A DNA stretch of 64,000 nucleotides. Source: a virus (taxonomy: Duplodnaviria; Caudoviricetes). Made by a program: the position numbers and the translations under genes. Below, piece after piece: positions 46,046 to 54,837 of the stretch (positions are counted from its first letter, which is position 1; the number at the start of each line of letters is the position of its first letter). The stretch is from the IMG/VR virus record IMGVR_UViG_3300021356_000016, positions 1,374 through 65,373 of that record. The stretch is one strand, 5' to 3'. Under the pieces are notes generated by a model. That model had not been told where the DNA came from. It did no database searches and saw only the letters and a list, made by a program, of their open reading frames with translations.

Positions 46046-46625
46046 AATTTAAATTCACCTTTACATTATCACTTATGGGTGCGTATACCTTTACTTCATT
46101 AGGATACGCAAAAATAAAGTCTACACTAGGGTTTGATTCAATCAACCATGCAAGAAACCGCATACGATTACGAGTATCTGGTAATGCAGCTCTTGTTTCC
46201 ATTCCATAACAGTTGGTACCGTCATAAAGATTGGATGTAGCCATTATATCATCTACAATGAGAAAGTCAAACCCGAAACACATCAAATTTGTGTATCCCA
46301 TTGCGATTGCATAACGCATTGCAACCATACCAGCATTTGACCTAGGAGTAGGACCACTTGTGCGTCCGTAAACTTTGGGTGGTTCGTATCGGTCATTTTC
46401 ATGTGGAAAGATACATCGGCTTTGATTGCTGTATGTTTTCTTGATTTCTTGAATCATCTTGTCGTCAATAGCTACAAGATAGTCAGGTTCAAAATCGCGA
46501 TATAGTGCATTGCATCCAAAGATTGTACCTACATCACGAAGTGCTTCTAGTTTTAACGTTTTTCGTGATGCACCGTTACCGATGATACATGCTGTAGTCG
46601 TCTTCGTGCTCATCATATGGCCCAT
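46026..46625 (-). CDS. GT29/MptE(DUF115)-like Rossmann-fold protein
   Basis: IIGNGASR, GCNALYRDF.PDYLVAID, NAG..A, GFDF, NLYDGT.CY. Confidence 0.65.
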   Translation of the reverse strand: MGHMMSTKTTTACIIGNGASRKTLKLEALRDVGTIFGCNALYRDFEPDYLVAIDDKMIQEIKKTYSNQSRCIFPHENDRYEPPKVYGRTSGPTPRSNAGMVAMRYAIAMGYTNLMCFGFDFLIVDDIMATSNLYDGTNCYGMETRAALPDTRNRMRFLAWLIESNPSVDFIFAYPNEVKVYAPISDNVKVNLNYEHFCP

Positions 46626-46761
46626 AGTTGTGATTGTTCTTTCTTTGCTTTCTTAACTTCTTAGATATCTTTTTAAAAGATTTCTTGTCTTTACTAGGAT
46701 ATTTATTTTTACCAGAATATCCATCTTCGATATCTTTTTCTCTACGATACGTCTTGCCCAT
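46576..46761 (-). CDS. Small basic hypothetical protein
   Basis: MGKTYRR, Lys-rich with an acidic tail. Confidence 0.55.
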   Translation of the reverse strand: MGKTYRREKDIEDGYSGKNKYPSKDKKSFKKISKKLRKQRKNNHNYGPYDEHEDDYSMYHR

Positions 46762-46773
46762 GACTACTTTTGA

Positions 46774-47217
46774 TTACCTCCATTTCTGTTCTAAATCAGG
46801 GTAAGCTTCTTCGAAAAGCTTCTTCGTTAAGCCTTTGTAAGGCATTTTTTTGAAACGTATAGATTCCATTAAATCAACATCATCGGGATCCAATGATTCC
46901 AAAAACTGTAGCCACAACTGTTCTCTTTTGGAACGTGTCATGTTGTCATATCCGTTTTGTGCTAAGAATGGTCTTACCTTGCGCATTGAAGCAATAAGCG
47001 TAGACTGTAAGTCAGTACTTTTCTTATTCTTTTTAACTTCTGGTGTAGGAGTGTCGGGAAGTAACCAGATATACTTTTTGTTGTAGCACAAGTCAATGAT
47101 CGCTTTTCGTACTTCAAAGTTTTCAATCGGTTTACGAAGTTCTGCTATTTTTTCTTTCTTTGTCTTAAGTGCTGAAATGCGTTTTAGATATTCGCCAACA
47201 CCTTCAATAACTGCCAT
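46774..47217 (-). CDS. Conserved T4-like phage protein downstream of rnh
   Basis: KTKKEKI..L, W.LP, KREQLWLQFLESL.PDD, YKGLTK..EEAYP. Confidence 0.75.
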   Translation of the reverse strand: MAVIEGVGEYLKRISALKTKKEKIAELRKPIENFEVRKAIIDLCYNKKYIWLLPDTPTPEVKKNKKSTDLQSTLIASMRKVRPFLAQNGYDNMTRSKREQLWLQFLESLDPDDVDLMESIRFKKMPYKGLTKKLFEEAYPDLEQKWR

Positions 47218-48083
47218 TAAAATTCTCCAATATATTCCATAAGATTTTTGAGTTTGTTTTTAACGAAATAAGGAAATAGTTTATTCCTGCTATTTACTTG
47301 ATAGTTCTCATACATAGTTATGGTACTATGGTACACCTCATCTGGTATTCTGTCAAGGTCGACAAGTGCTTGATTGCGCATCCAACCTCTCATCATCTTT
47401 TCATCACACCAATCTTGAGGATTATCTTGTTGCAACCACTCGGAAACATTCTTGGAACTTAATCTCTTTTGTTTCTTGCCGTCAACTACGAATGTGTCAT
47501 CATCCGATAGAAAGTTAGGAATACCATCACCTCTGTCACCACGAATGATATGTTCCCTAATATATAGGTGTGGTTGATTGTGTCTTACGAACTTCTTTTG
47601 TCCTGGTGAGTACTGTTCTACGTTAGCATATTTTTGCAGTTGAACAAAATCTTTATCAGAAGAAAGAATCAATATCTTTTCTGTGCTCTCTGCATTTAGA
47701 AACACACCATATTTTTTACATATGGAAGCAATCACATCATCGGCTTCCGCACGTTCAACATGCAATACACGATATGGAAATACTTCTTTGAGCTCATCAC
47801 GTACTTGGTTGAGTGCGGCAAATATCAAGTTCCAATTTAGACTTGATGCTTCTCTATCTTTCTTACGATGAGCTTTGTAATACGGAAAAATGTCTTTGCG
47901 CCAATAGTTCTTGTCATCACAGCAAATAACCAACTCACCATATTTCTTTGAGAACATATTTTTTAGACTACGTATCTTGTTAAGTGTCATATGCCGAAAC
48001 AAGTTAGTATCTACATTATTTTTCAACTCTGGTAGTTGATACATATTTGCTAACATTACCTGATTTAAATCAATCAGTATCAT
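47217..48083 (-). CDS. rnh: T4-type RNase H (5'-3' exonuclease)
   Basis: MILIDLNQV, YWRKDIFPYYKAHRKK, EADDVIA, SSDKDFVQLQ, GDRGDGIPN. Start placed at ATG 48083. Confidence 0.95.
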   Translation of the reverse strand: MILIDLNQVMLANMYQLPELKNNVDTNLFRHMTLNKIRSLKNMFSKKYGELVICCDDKNYWRKDIFPYYKAHRKKDREASSLNWNLIFAALNQVRDELKEVFPYRVLHVERAEADDVIASICKKYGVFLNAESTEKILILSSDKDFVQLQKYANVEQYSPGQKKFVRHNQPHLYIREHIIRGDRGDGIPNFLSDDDTFVVDGKKQKRLSSKNVSEWLQQDNPQDWCDEKMMRGWMRNQALVDLDRIPDEVYHSTITMYENYQVNSRNKLFPYFVKNKLKNLMEYIGEF

Positions 48084-48378
48084 TATCATCCTCCTGAATG
48101 ATTGCACCGGCATCTTTAAGAACACCGAGTATTAGATTCAAATGGTTTTCCCATTCGTGTTCATGTCCACGACCAGAAAGGAATGTTATACGTAATAGCT
48201 CGAGAATGTATCCTAAACGATTACATGCTTCTTGAGTAGTCAAAACATCCTCATAACCTAAATCGGCCATGTGCACTAAAAACGAATCAAATGCTTTATC
48301 CAAATCATCAGCGATAGACAAAGGTTCATCTTCATTACTTACTGAAGGAAATTGTATCACATTGTTAGTTGTTTCCAT
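48070..48378 (-). CDS. Hypothetical protein
   Basis: NNVIQFP N-terminal motif, coupled to neighbours. Confidence 0.6.
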   Translation of the reverse strand: METTNNVIQFPSVSNEDEPLSIADDLDKAFDSFLVHMADLGYEDVLTTQEACNRLGYILELLRITFLSGRGHEHEWENHLNLILGVLKDAGAIIQEDDNDTD

Positions 48379-49505
48379 TATTTGAATACCTTAAGTAGAA
48401 TTGTGTCATTATTTATCCGGCCTTTTGCAGTACCAGGTTTGGTATTAATACCATTTATTGTTTTCCGCAATGCTATTTTACCACACTCACTCAAGGTTGT
48501 CAATAGTTCATCTGGTTTTCTCAAACGCTTTGTGTATGATTTTTCTGAAAAGTTTTGCAATGTCGTGCCTTTAAAAGAAAAACCATCAGATGATGCAGAT
48601 ATGTAATAAGTAAGTTTTTTGTATTTAACGTTGTAAGTAATGAGTTCGTTTGCTCCAATGATCTTCTCAGGAGAAACACTTACAAGTTTCAACTCATTAA
48701 AAGATTTCATATACTGCAGTTTAGCAAGTTGTTTGTTTGGTGTTGTAGATTTCTTTTGACGAGTTTTTCTTATCTTCTTGTTGTTGTTCTGCCAAATGTT
48801 CACGTCATCAATGATTGACTGCAGAAACTTTATGAACCGATTTTTCTGTGCAGTTTTAATATGTGAATAGGCTTCAACAAGTTGCTTGTCTTCTTTGTTT
48901 TTAGCGGCAAGAACTTCGTCCAACATCGGTTGAAAACATTCTTTGATGAAGTTGCAGTTTGCGACTTTAATGCCGTTCCGTTGCAACCACTCATACATTG
49001 AAAAGGTTGATTTGTAGCCATTGTTTCTAAAGGCATCAATCTCTTCTTCGACCTCGCCGAGCAGTGAGTTCATTTTTTCTTGCATTCTATCCTTAACAGA
49101 AAGAATTTTGACATTAGATTTTTCTTTAATAACTATTTCTTCTTGTTCTTCGTTCTTGCCCAATGCAATGATTTCTTTCAAAGCTTGAAAGAAGTTGTCC
49201 ATTTGAGCATCTGAGAACTTGCATCCCATATACATCATTCTTGCCATATAGCCAAGGTTAGGGGCAATTTTGATTGTAGGCACTCTTTTAATAAGAGCAA
49301 CTTCTTTCTTGCTGCTTCTTGGATAGTTGTCGACAAGCAACTTTGCAGCAGATTTGTGGTCATTGAAATAGTTGTACCAATTGAAGGCTTTAACTAAATC
49401 ACTTTTTGATGGCTCAGAATCTGGCCAAGTAGGTTCTTCACCATAGTATTTGGTGTCGAAGTTTTTTGGTACACGAGTTGTAACTGGCTTTTTAATACGA
49501 GGCAC
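48378..49505 (-). CDS. Conserved hypothetical protein of T4-like aquatic phages
   Basis: GEEPTW, NWYNYF, QLVEAYS, KGTTLQNF, RLRKP, GRINNDTILLK. GTG start 49505 with AGGAG RBS is preferred over 49592. Confidence 0.75.
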   Translation of the reverse strand: MPRIKKPVTTRVPKNFDTKYYGEEPTWPDSEPSKSDLVKAFNWYNYFNDHKSAAKLLVDNYPRSSKKEVALIKRVPTIKIAPNLGYMARMMYMGCKFSDAQMDNFFQALKEIIALGKNEEQEEIVIKEKSNVKILSVKDRMQEKMNSLLGEVEEEIDAFRNNGYKSTFSMYEWLQRNGIKVANCNFIKECFQPMLDEVLAAKNKEDKQLVEAYSHIKTAQKNRFIKFLQSIIDDVNIWQNNNKKIRKTRQKKSTTPNKQLAKLQYMKSFNELKLVSVSPEKIIGANELITYNVKYKKLTYYISASSDGFSFKGTTLQNFSEKSYTKRLRKPDELLTTLSECGKIALRKTINGINTKPGTAKGRINNDTILLKVFK

Positions 49506-49583
49506 AATATTGCTCCTATGCAAAAACATACATCTATTATAATATGTATGGTGTTCAAAAAAAACTAATAAAAAGTTAATGAG

Positions 49584-49648
49584 ATCAACCACTTATGGGT
49601 TTGGTGTCTAAGTCATTGATTTATAACGACTTTTTGTAAGTAATTGAT
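49584..49648. promoter_or_regulatory. Three IHF-consensus boxes (WATCAANNNNTTR)
   Basis: gATCAACCACTTA (+, 49584-95), AATCAATGACTTA (-, 49609-21), AATCAATTACTTA (-, 49637-49). Confidence 0.65.
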
Positions 49649-49667
49649 TCTCAAACGAAAAAAACTG

Positions 49668-49696
49668 TTGCATTCTGTGCTTGAATGACCTATAAT
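49668..49696 (+). promoter_or_regulatory. Sigma70-type early promoter
   Basis: TTGCAT-N17-TATAAT with an upstream A-tract. Confidence 0.75.
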
Positions 49697-49761
49697 AGAT
49701 CCATGATTTGCATTGATGCATTTCGTTCTTAAAACTTTTTGACCTTGGAGGTTCTTATATT

Positions 49762-50775
49762 ATGTCCGCTAATCTTGAAGTAAACGCCGAAGGCACCTAC
49801 AATGCAGCATATGTTGGTGATGCACCCTGGTGGGAAACAGGCGGCCTTGGCAAACGTTTGCCCGAAGACTGTTCTCCAGCCGAGATGCTCGAAGCAGCCA
49901 ATCTTGACTGGGAAGTAGAAAAACAGCCACTTTACATCGAAAAAGATGGTTCTTATAAAGAAGCAAAAGGCAAGCAAGCACTTGTTCGTTCATCTGATGG
50001 TAAAGTACTTGACTTTGTTGGTCAAGATTGGAATCCACTTCAAAACTCAGAAGCATTCGCATTTTTCAACGAGTTCGTTGAAGTTGGTAATATGACCATG
50101 GAATCTGCTGGTTGTATTGACCGCAATGGAAAACTCAATGTATGGGCACTTGCGAATATCAATCGTCCTTTTGAGATCTTCAAGGATGACGTAATCCAAC
50201 CATTCTTTTTGTTCTCTAATCCTCATATCTATGGTCGTACTATCGACATTTCAGAAACTGACGTTCGTGTTGTTTGCGATAACACACTTACATGGGCATT
50301 GAACAAAATGTCAGCAACTCTGAAAGATGCTGATAGTGCAGTGCGTTCTGTTAAAATTGGCCATCGTCGTAAGTTTGACCCAGAAATGGTCAAAGATGCT
50401 CTTGCGATTGTGCAAACTCGCAACGAGACTTTCCGTGATGCTGCACAGTTTCTTGGCTCTAAAAAGTACAAGAACGAAACACTGATGGAATACCTTGACC
50501 GCGTGTTTCCTGCTGCTCGTCAGAAAAACCCTGAAGTGCAGGAAAAGAAATACAGCCGCAATGCTAAGATTGCTGCTGATATCGTGAACACTCAACCTGG
50601 TTCTCAATATGGCCGAGGTACTTGGTGGCAGGCGTTTAACGCAGTCACTTACATGACTGACCATGTTATTGGTCATAACGCTAATAATCGTGCTGATTCA
50701 GCTTGGTTCGGCTCCAAGAAAACTAAGAAGCAAGATGCTTTCAAACTTGCTGTCGAATTTGCAGAGGCAGCATAA
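49762..50775 (+). CDS. DUF932/DUF945-family phage/plasmid protein
   Basis: PWW..GLG, A.LDWEVEKQPL, PLQN.EAFAFF, RVVCDNTL, GTWWQAFNAVT..TDH, SAWFG. GGAGG RBS. Confidence 0.85.
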   Translation: MSANLEVNAEGTYNAAYVGDAPWWETGGLGKRLPEDCSPAEMLEAANLDWEVEKQPLYIEKDGSYKEAKGKQALVRSSDGKVLDFVGQDWNPLQNSEAFAFFNEFVEVGNMTMESAGCIDRNGKLNVWALANINRPFEIFKDDVIQPFFLFSNPHIYGRTIDISETDVRVVCDNTLTWALNKMSATLKDADSAVRSVKIGHRRKFDPEMVKDALAIVQTRNETFRDAAQFLGSKKYKNETLMEYLDRVFPAARQKNPEVQEKKYSRNAKIAADIVNTQPGSQYGRGTWWQAFNAVTYMTDHVIGHNANNRADSAWFGSKKTKKQDAFKLAVEFAEAA

Positions 50776-50784
50776 CTAAATAGT

Positions 50785-50860
50785 GGGACGGTAGCTCAGC
50801 GGTAAGAGCAGCGTTCTTATAAGGCGTTGGTCGGAGGTTCGAATCCTCCCCGTCCTACCA
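50785..50860 (+). tRNA. tRNA-Ile with UAU anticodon
   Basis: 76-nt cloverleaf: GGGACGG/CCGTCCT acceptor, D arm GCTC/GAGC, loop CTTATAA, T arm GGAGG-TTCGAAT-CCTCC, encoded CCA. Late-promoter-like CTAAATA at 50776-50782. Confidence 0.9.
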
Positions 50861-50883
50861 ATTTTTAACAACTAAGGTGTTAT

Positions 50884-51252
50884 ATGGATCGTTACCAAAA
50901 AACCGGAAACTACCTCGTCTGGACAGAAGGCGAGTATTCTGATTACCGATGGGAAGCTTTCTTTCGTGTTCTAAAAGACTTTGATTTTATAGAACTAGTT
51001 GAAGAATGGGCTCGTCATGTTGGTGTTGAGTTCGATAAAGAACTCGAATTCGACCGCGGTTATGATGATGATTACTTACAATTCGTTATTTACAGTAGAA
51101 AAATGTATGATATTCAAGATGGAAAGTATAAGAATTCCATAACATTTTTTCCATATCTTCTTCGCGAAGGTTACATTGAAGAAATAAAAACACAAGAATG
51201 TCACACCAGTGGTTGGGGTGATTTTGAACTAACAGTAAGGACAACTAAATGA
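50884..51252 (+). CDS. Hypothetical protein
   Basis: 122 aa with AAGGTG RBS; GEYSDY motif. Confidence 0.6.
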   Translation: MDRYQKTGNYLVWTEGEYSDYRWEAFFRVLKDFDFIELVEEWARHVGVEFDKELEFDRGYDDDYLQFVIYSRKMYDIQDGKYKNSITFFPYLLREGYIEEIKTQECHTSGWGDFELTVRTTK

Positions 51253-51434
51253 AATATGAACTAGAAACAACCGAAACCCTTATCGAGCTATTACGAGACT
51301 GTTGGAAGAACCACAACGGAGTTTATGATTTGACTACTAGCGACAACGACAGAGTATTGGATTTGATTCAACGTCTTGATGACGACATGTATTACTGGAA
51401 AGAACAAATAGAAACCCCACTTCAAAATCGGTAA
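51249..51434 (+). CDS. Hypothetical protein
   Basis: ATGA overlap, AAGGA RBS. Confidence 0.55.
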   Translation: MKYELETTETLIELLRDCWKNHNGVYDLTTSDNDRVLDLIQRLDDDMYYWKEQIETPLQNR

Positions 51435-51446
51435 TAGGAGTGAATA

Positions 51447-51908
51447 ATGGGTTGCGACATACACGTACATACTGAAGTTAAGATCGATAATACCTGGCAC
51501 CATTATAACAATCCGCATATTAGTCGGAACTATCTATTATTTACTCACATGGGTTTAACAACTCGGGTACATAGTGATTTTATTGATCAACCAATCACAA
51601 AAACATCTGTTCCAATGCCTTATGATGCGAGTTTGATTACTCGTTTAGAATGGCAAAAATGGAGCGGTGACGCACATTCGTTAGGAGTCTTTTACCATAA
51701 AGAGATTATGGAACTAGAAGATCGATGGAAAGAAATAAAAGAAAGTGTAGATTGGAAACCAGAAAGATACACATTTATTGAATCACAGTTTGGGTATTTA
51801 TTCTCCAATGGATGGGGAGATAAGTGGAGATATCCAGATGTTGAATATACATCGCAACAATACGCAGAAATCCAAGATGTTAGATGGATTTTTTGGTTTG
51901 ACAACTAA
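51447..51908 (+). CDS. Conserved phage protein (MGCDIH family)
   Basis: MGCDIH...RNYLLF...D.HS...VRWIFWFDN; AGGAG RBS. Confidence 0.75.
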   Translation: MGCDIHVHTEVKIDNTWHHYNNPHISRNYLLFTHMGLTTRVHSDFIDQPITKTSVPMPYDASLITRLEWQKWSGDAHSLGVFYHKEIMELEDRWKEIKESVDWKPERYTFIESQFGYLFSNGWGDKWRYPDVEYTSQQYAEIQDVRWIFWFDN

Positions 51909-51920
51909 GAAGGAGATATA

Positions 51921-52130
51921 ATGCCTAGTCGTAAAAACTTTGAGAGCAATGTGAAAGCTCGTCGTGTAACTGCTGCTGCTCGTCGGCAGTCAGAGATTGG
52001 TGGTTTCGACAAAAAAGAAGTCGAAACTTATATTAACCGCATCACCGAAAATGGTGAACGTAAGAACTCTAAGATGATTAGATCTCAGGTCTTGGCAGAG
52101 GTTGAATCCCTCAAGAAGGTGAAGGTATGA
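51921..52130 (+). CDS. Small basic hypothetical protein
   Basis: AAGGAG RBS; ATGA overlap with the next gene. Confidence 0.6.
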   Translation: MPSRKNFESNVKARRVTAAARRQSEIGGFDKKEVETYINRITENGERKNSKMIRSQVLAEVESLKKVKV

Positions 52131-52588
52131 AGAAACTATTGATTCTTCCATTGGTTGCAATGCTTGTTGGTTGCCAATCAATGGGACAAAGGGAAACAGT
52201 CGGCACTCTTGGTGGTGCTGCGCTTGGTGGCCTTGTCGGTGCACAGTTCGGTGGTGGTTCCGGACGAGCCATCACTACTGCTGTTGGTATTATGGGTGGT
52301 GCTTTGATTGGTCGTGGCATTGGTCAAGAGCTTGACCGTGCTGACCAGGACCGTCACGCAAGAACTTTCCACAATGCACTTGAACACAATCGTTCTGGTT
52401 CAATACAACGCTGGCAAAACCCCAACAATCGAACACGAGGTTATGTTGTTCCACAGCGAACATACCAAACAAATTCTGGCGGATATTGCCGCGAGTACCA
52501 AACAAGTATTAGCGTTGGCAATCAAACACAAAACGGATACGGTACGGCTTGTCGTCAACCAGATGGTTCTTGGAAAATTCAAGGTTAG
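52127..52588 (+). CDS. Outer-membrane lipoprotein, Rickettsia 17-kDa antigen/glycine-zipper family
   Basis: Lipobox LVGC, GTLGGAALGGLVGAQFG glycine zipper, W.NP, YCREYQ, YGTACRQPDGSWKI. Confidence 0.9.
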   Translation: MKKLLILPLVAMLVGCQSMGQRETVGTLGGAALGGLVGAQFGGGSGRAITTAVGIMGGALIGRGIGQELDRADQDRHARTFHNALEHNRSGSIQRWQNPNNRTRGYVVPQRTYQTNSGGYCREYQTSISVGNQTQNGYGTACRQPDGSWKIQG

Positions 52589-52595
52589 ATAAAGG

Positions 52596-52868
52596 ATGCC
52601 ACATAACATGAATCGTGAAGAAATGATCAAATCTTTAAAAGAAAACATTTGCCGCGTTACTTTCTTGAAATTGAATGGTGATGTCCGAATGATGTATTGT
52701 ACGCTGCAAGAAAGCTTTCTGCCCAAACGTCCTATACAAGAAAAAAACAATACTATAACAAATCGTAAAGAAGTCCCCTTAATAGTATGGGATATTGATG
52801 TAAAAGGTTGGCGTTCTTTTCGCGTAGATTCTGTCACACATTTTGATAGTAACCCAAATGCGGAGTAA
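52596..52868 (+). CDS. SH3-like beta-barrel (WYL_2/DUF2693-like) protein
   Basis: VTFLKLNGDVRMMYCTL, VWDIDVKGWRSFRVD. Confidence 0.8.
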   Translation: MPHNMNREEMIKSLKENICRVTFLKLNGDVRMMYCTLQESFLPKRPIQEKNNTITNRKEVPLIVWDIDVKGWRSFRVDSVTHFDSNPNAE

Positions 52869-52872
52869 AAGA

Positions 52873-53655
52873 ATGAAAATTATTGCTGGTCCTTGTCTCC
52901 ATGAATCTTATGACCAATCGTTAGATATTGCTGAACATTGTTCTCGTGTCTGTAGTAAGTATGGCTTTGATTATTATTTCAAGGCCTCCTTTGATAAGGC
53001 CAATCGTTCATCTTCTTCAAGTGTAAGAAGCGAAGTAGAGTTTTCTGACTTTCAAGAAGACTTTTATGGATTTCGTAAAGTTGAAAAAATCAAAACACTT
53101 ACCGACGTACATGATGTATGGCAAGTGCCCAAAATATTTAATGTTGTAGATGTTATGCAAATACCAGCATTTCTTTGTCGCCAAACGGATTTGATTGAAC
53201 AGGCTGCTGAATATTCCCGAATCTTGAATATCAAAAAAGGACAGTTTCTTGCTCCTTGGGATGTTGCCAACATTGTGAATAAAGTAAAGAATGTAAATCC
53301 GGATTGTGAAGTCTGGATTACAGAACGTGGCACATCTTTTGGTTACAATCGCCTTGTGGTAGACTTTACTGGTATGCAATACATACTAGACCAAGACATT
53401 TGCACCCTAGTGTTCGATGCGACTCATAGCGCACAACAACCTGGTGGTGAAGGTACAAAGAGTGGTGGCAATCGTGAATATGCGAAATCACTTGCGTATG
53501 CTGCAGCTGGCATGGGTGTTCAAAACTTCTTTATGGAAGTACACCCTGATCCAGACAACGCACCAAGTGATGGACCAAACATGATACGATTAGAAGACTT
53601 TGAGAAAGTTGTAAGTAAACTAAGTAAGTTGATTAGGGCCAAAAATGAAAATTGA
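52873..53655 (+). CDS. kdsA: 3-deoxy-D-manno-octulosonate 8-phosphate (KDO8P) synthase
   Basis: IIAGPC, FKASFDKANRSS, QIPAFLCRQTDL, KKGQFLAP, TERGTSFGY, FDATHS, EVHPDPDNAPSDGPN. Confidence 0.95.
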   Translation: MKIIAGPCLHESYDQSLDIAEHCSRVCSKYGFDYYFKASFDKANRSSSSSVRSEVEFSDFQEDFYGFRKVEKIKTLTDVHDVWQVPKIFNVVDVMQIPAFLCRQTDLIEQAAEYSRILNIKKGQFLAPWDVANIVNKVKNVNPDCEVWITERGTSFGYNRLVVDFTGMQYILDQDICTLVFDATHSAQQPGGEGTKSGGNREYAKSLAYAAAGMGVQNFFMEVHPDPDNAPSDGPNMIRLEDFEKVVSKLSKLIRAKNEN

Positions 53656-53857
53656 TATAGAAGACTTTTATGAATATTTAAGCTCACAAGTTAACGACAA
53701 CAAAATTTCTGCTTTGATGCGTGAACACATATGCCTATACGTGTGTAGAAAAACTCTTAATGAAATCAAAAAAACAACCAGACATGAAGCAAGAATAACG
53801 CATGACAATGTTAAATATATAAGATCGTTGATTGAAGAAGCCGAAGACTTTATATAG
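53645..53857 (+). CDS. Hypothetical protein
   Basis: 70 aa, fills the operon gap. Confidence 0.5.
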   Translation: MKIDIEDFYEYLSSQVNDNKISALMREHICLYVCRKTLNEIKKTTRHEARITHDNVKYIRSLIEEAEDFI

Positions 53858-53865
53858 GAGAAATT

Positions 53866-54837
53866 ATGGAGTTTAAGATTACAAGTGAAGATACGATCAC
53901 TGCTGATGGTACCGCCGTAAATGCAAAAGGTGGTACCGAACAAATGAAAGAAAGGCTCATGCAAGAGCTTCCTGATGACTTTAAAGAAAAATTTAATATC
54001 ATCTGTTCCCGTGTACGTGATGTTTCGGATACAAAACAAAACATTCTATGGTTGCATGATACGTGGAATGACCCAGAATCTATGCACTTAAAAGATCCGA
54101 GCAGTCGTGAAAGATTTTCTAAGCTAGTTTTCGTATCAAACTATCAGTGGCAAACTTACCATCAGTTTCATGGTATTCCTTATTCCGAATCAATTGTTCT
54201 TCGCAATGCAATTGATCCCATTGAAAAACACAAAAAACCAAACGACGGCCAGATTCGTCTTATCTACCACACGACACCACATCGTGGTTTAGAAATTCTT
54301 GTTCCCGTTTTTGAAGCATTATATGAAAAACACGGAGACAAGATTGTTCTTGATGTTTACAGTAGCTTTGATATATATGGTTGGCCGCAACGCAATCAAC
54401 CATATGAAGGTTTATTTGAAAAATGTAAAAATCATCCCGGCATAAACTATCATGGCACAGTTTCAAATGATGAAATAAGAGAAGCATTAAAGAAAGCTCA
54501 TATTTTTGCGTTTCCTTCTATCTGGTTAGAAACATCGTGTATTGCTGCGATTGAAGCAATGAGTGCTGGGTGTTCTATTGTTTGTCCTAACTATGGTGCA
54601 TTGCCAGAGACAACAGGAAATCTTGTAACGATGTATCCTTGGAATGAGGATTTAAATGTACATGCGAATTACTTTGCTGTTGTTTTGAATTCTGTAATCG
54701 AAAACTACTGGCATCCAATAATACAAAATAAGTTAATGTTTACAAAGAGCTATACAGATAACTTATATAACTGGAACACTCGTAAAGAAGAGTGGATGGT
54801 TTTACTGCAAAGTTTGGTGGATCAAAATGTTTCCTAA
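53866..54837 (+). CDS. GT-B (GT4-like) glycosyltransferase
   Basis: GGTEQM, LWLHD, FVSNYQ, YHTTPHRGL, FPSIWLETSCIAAIEAMSAG, GALPET. Confidence 0.9.
   Translation: MEFKITSEDTITADGTAVNAKGGTEQMKERLMQELPDDFKEKFNIICSRVRDVSDTKQNILWLHDTWNDPESMHLKDPSSRERFSKLVFVSNYQWQTYHQFHGIPYSESIVLRNAIDPIEKHKKPNDGQIRLIYHTTPHRGLEILVPVFEALYEKHGDKIVLDVYSSFDIYGWPQRNQPYEGLFEKCKNHPGINYHGTVSNDEIREALKKAHIFAFPSIWLETSCIAAIEAMSAGCSIVCPNYGALPETTGNLVTMYPWNEDLNVHANYFAVVLNSVIENYWHPIIQNKLMFTKSYTDNLYNWNTRKEEWMVLLQSLVDQNVS

Noticed and set aside
49506-49592. ORF-track start at 49592 for the 404-aa gene
   Set aside because: The extension crosses the AT-rich promoter/IHF region. GTG 49505 has a proper AGGAG RBS.
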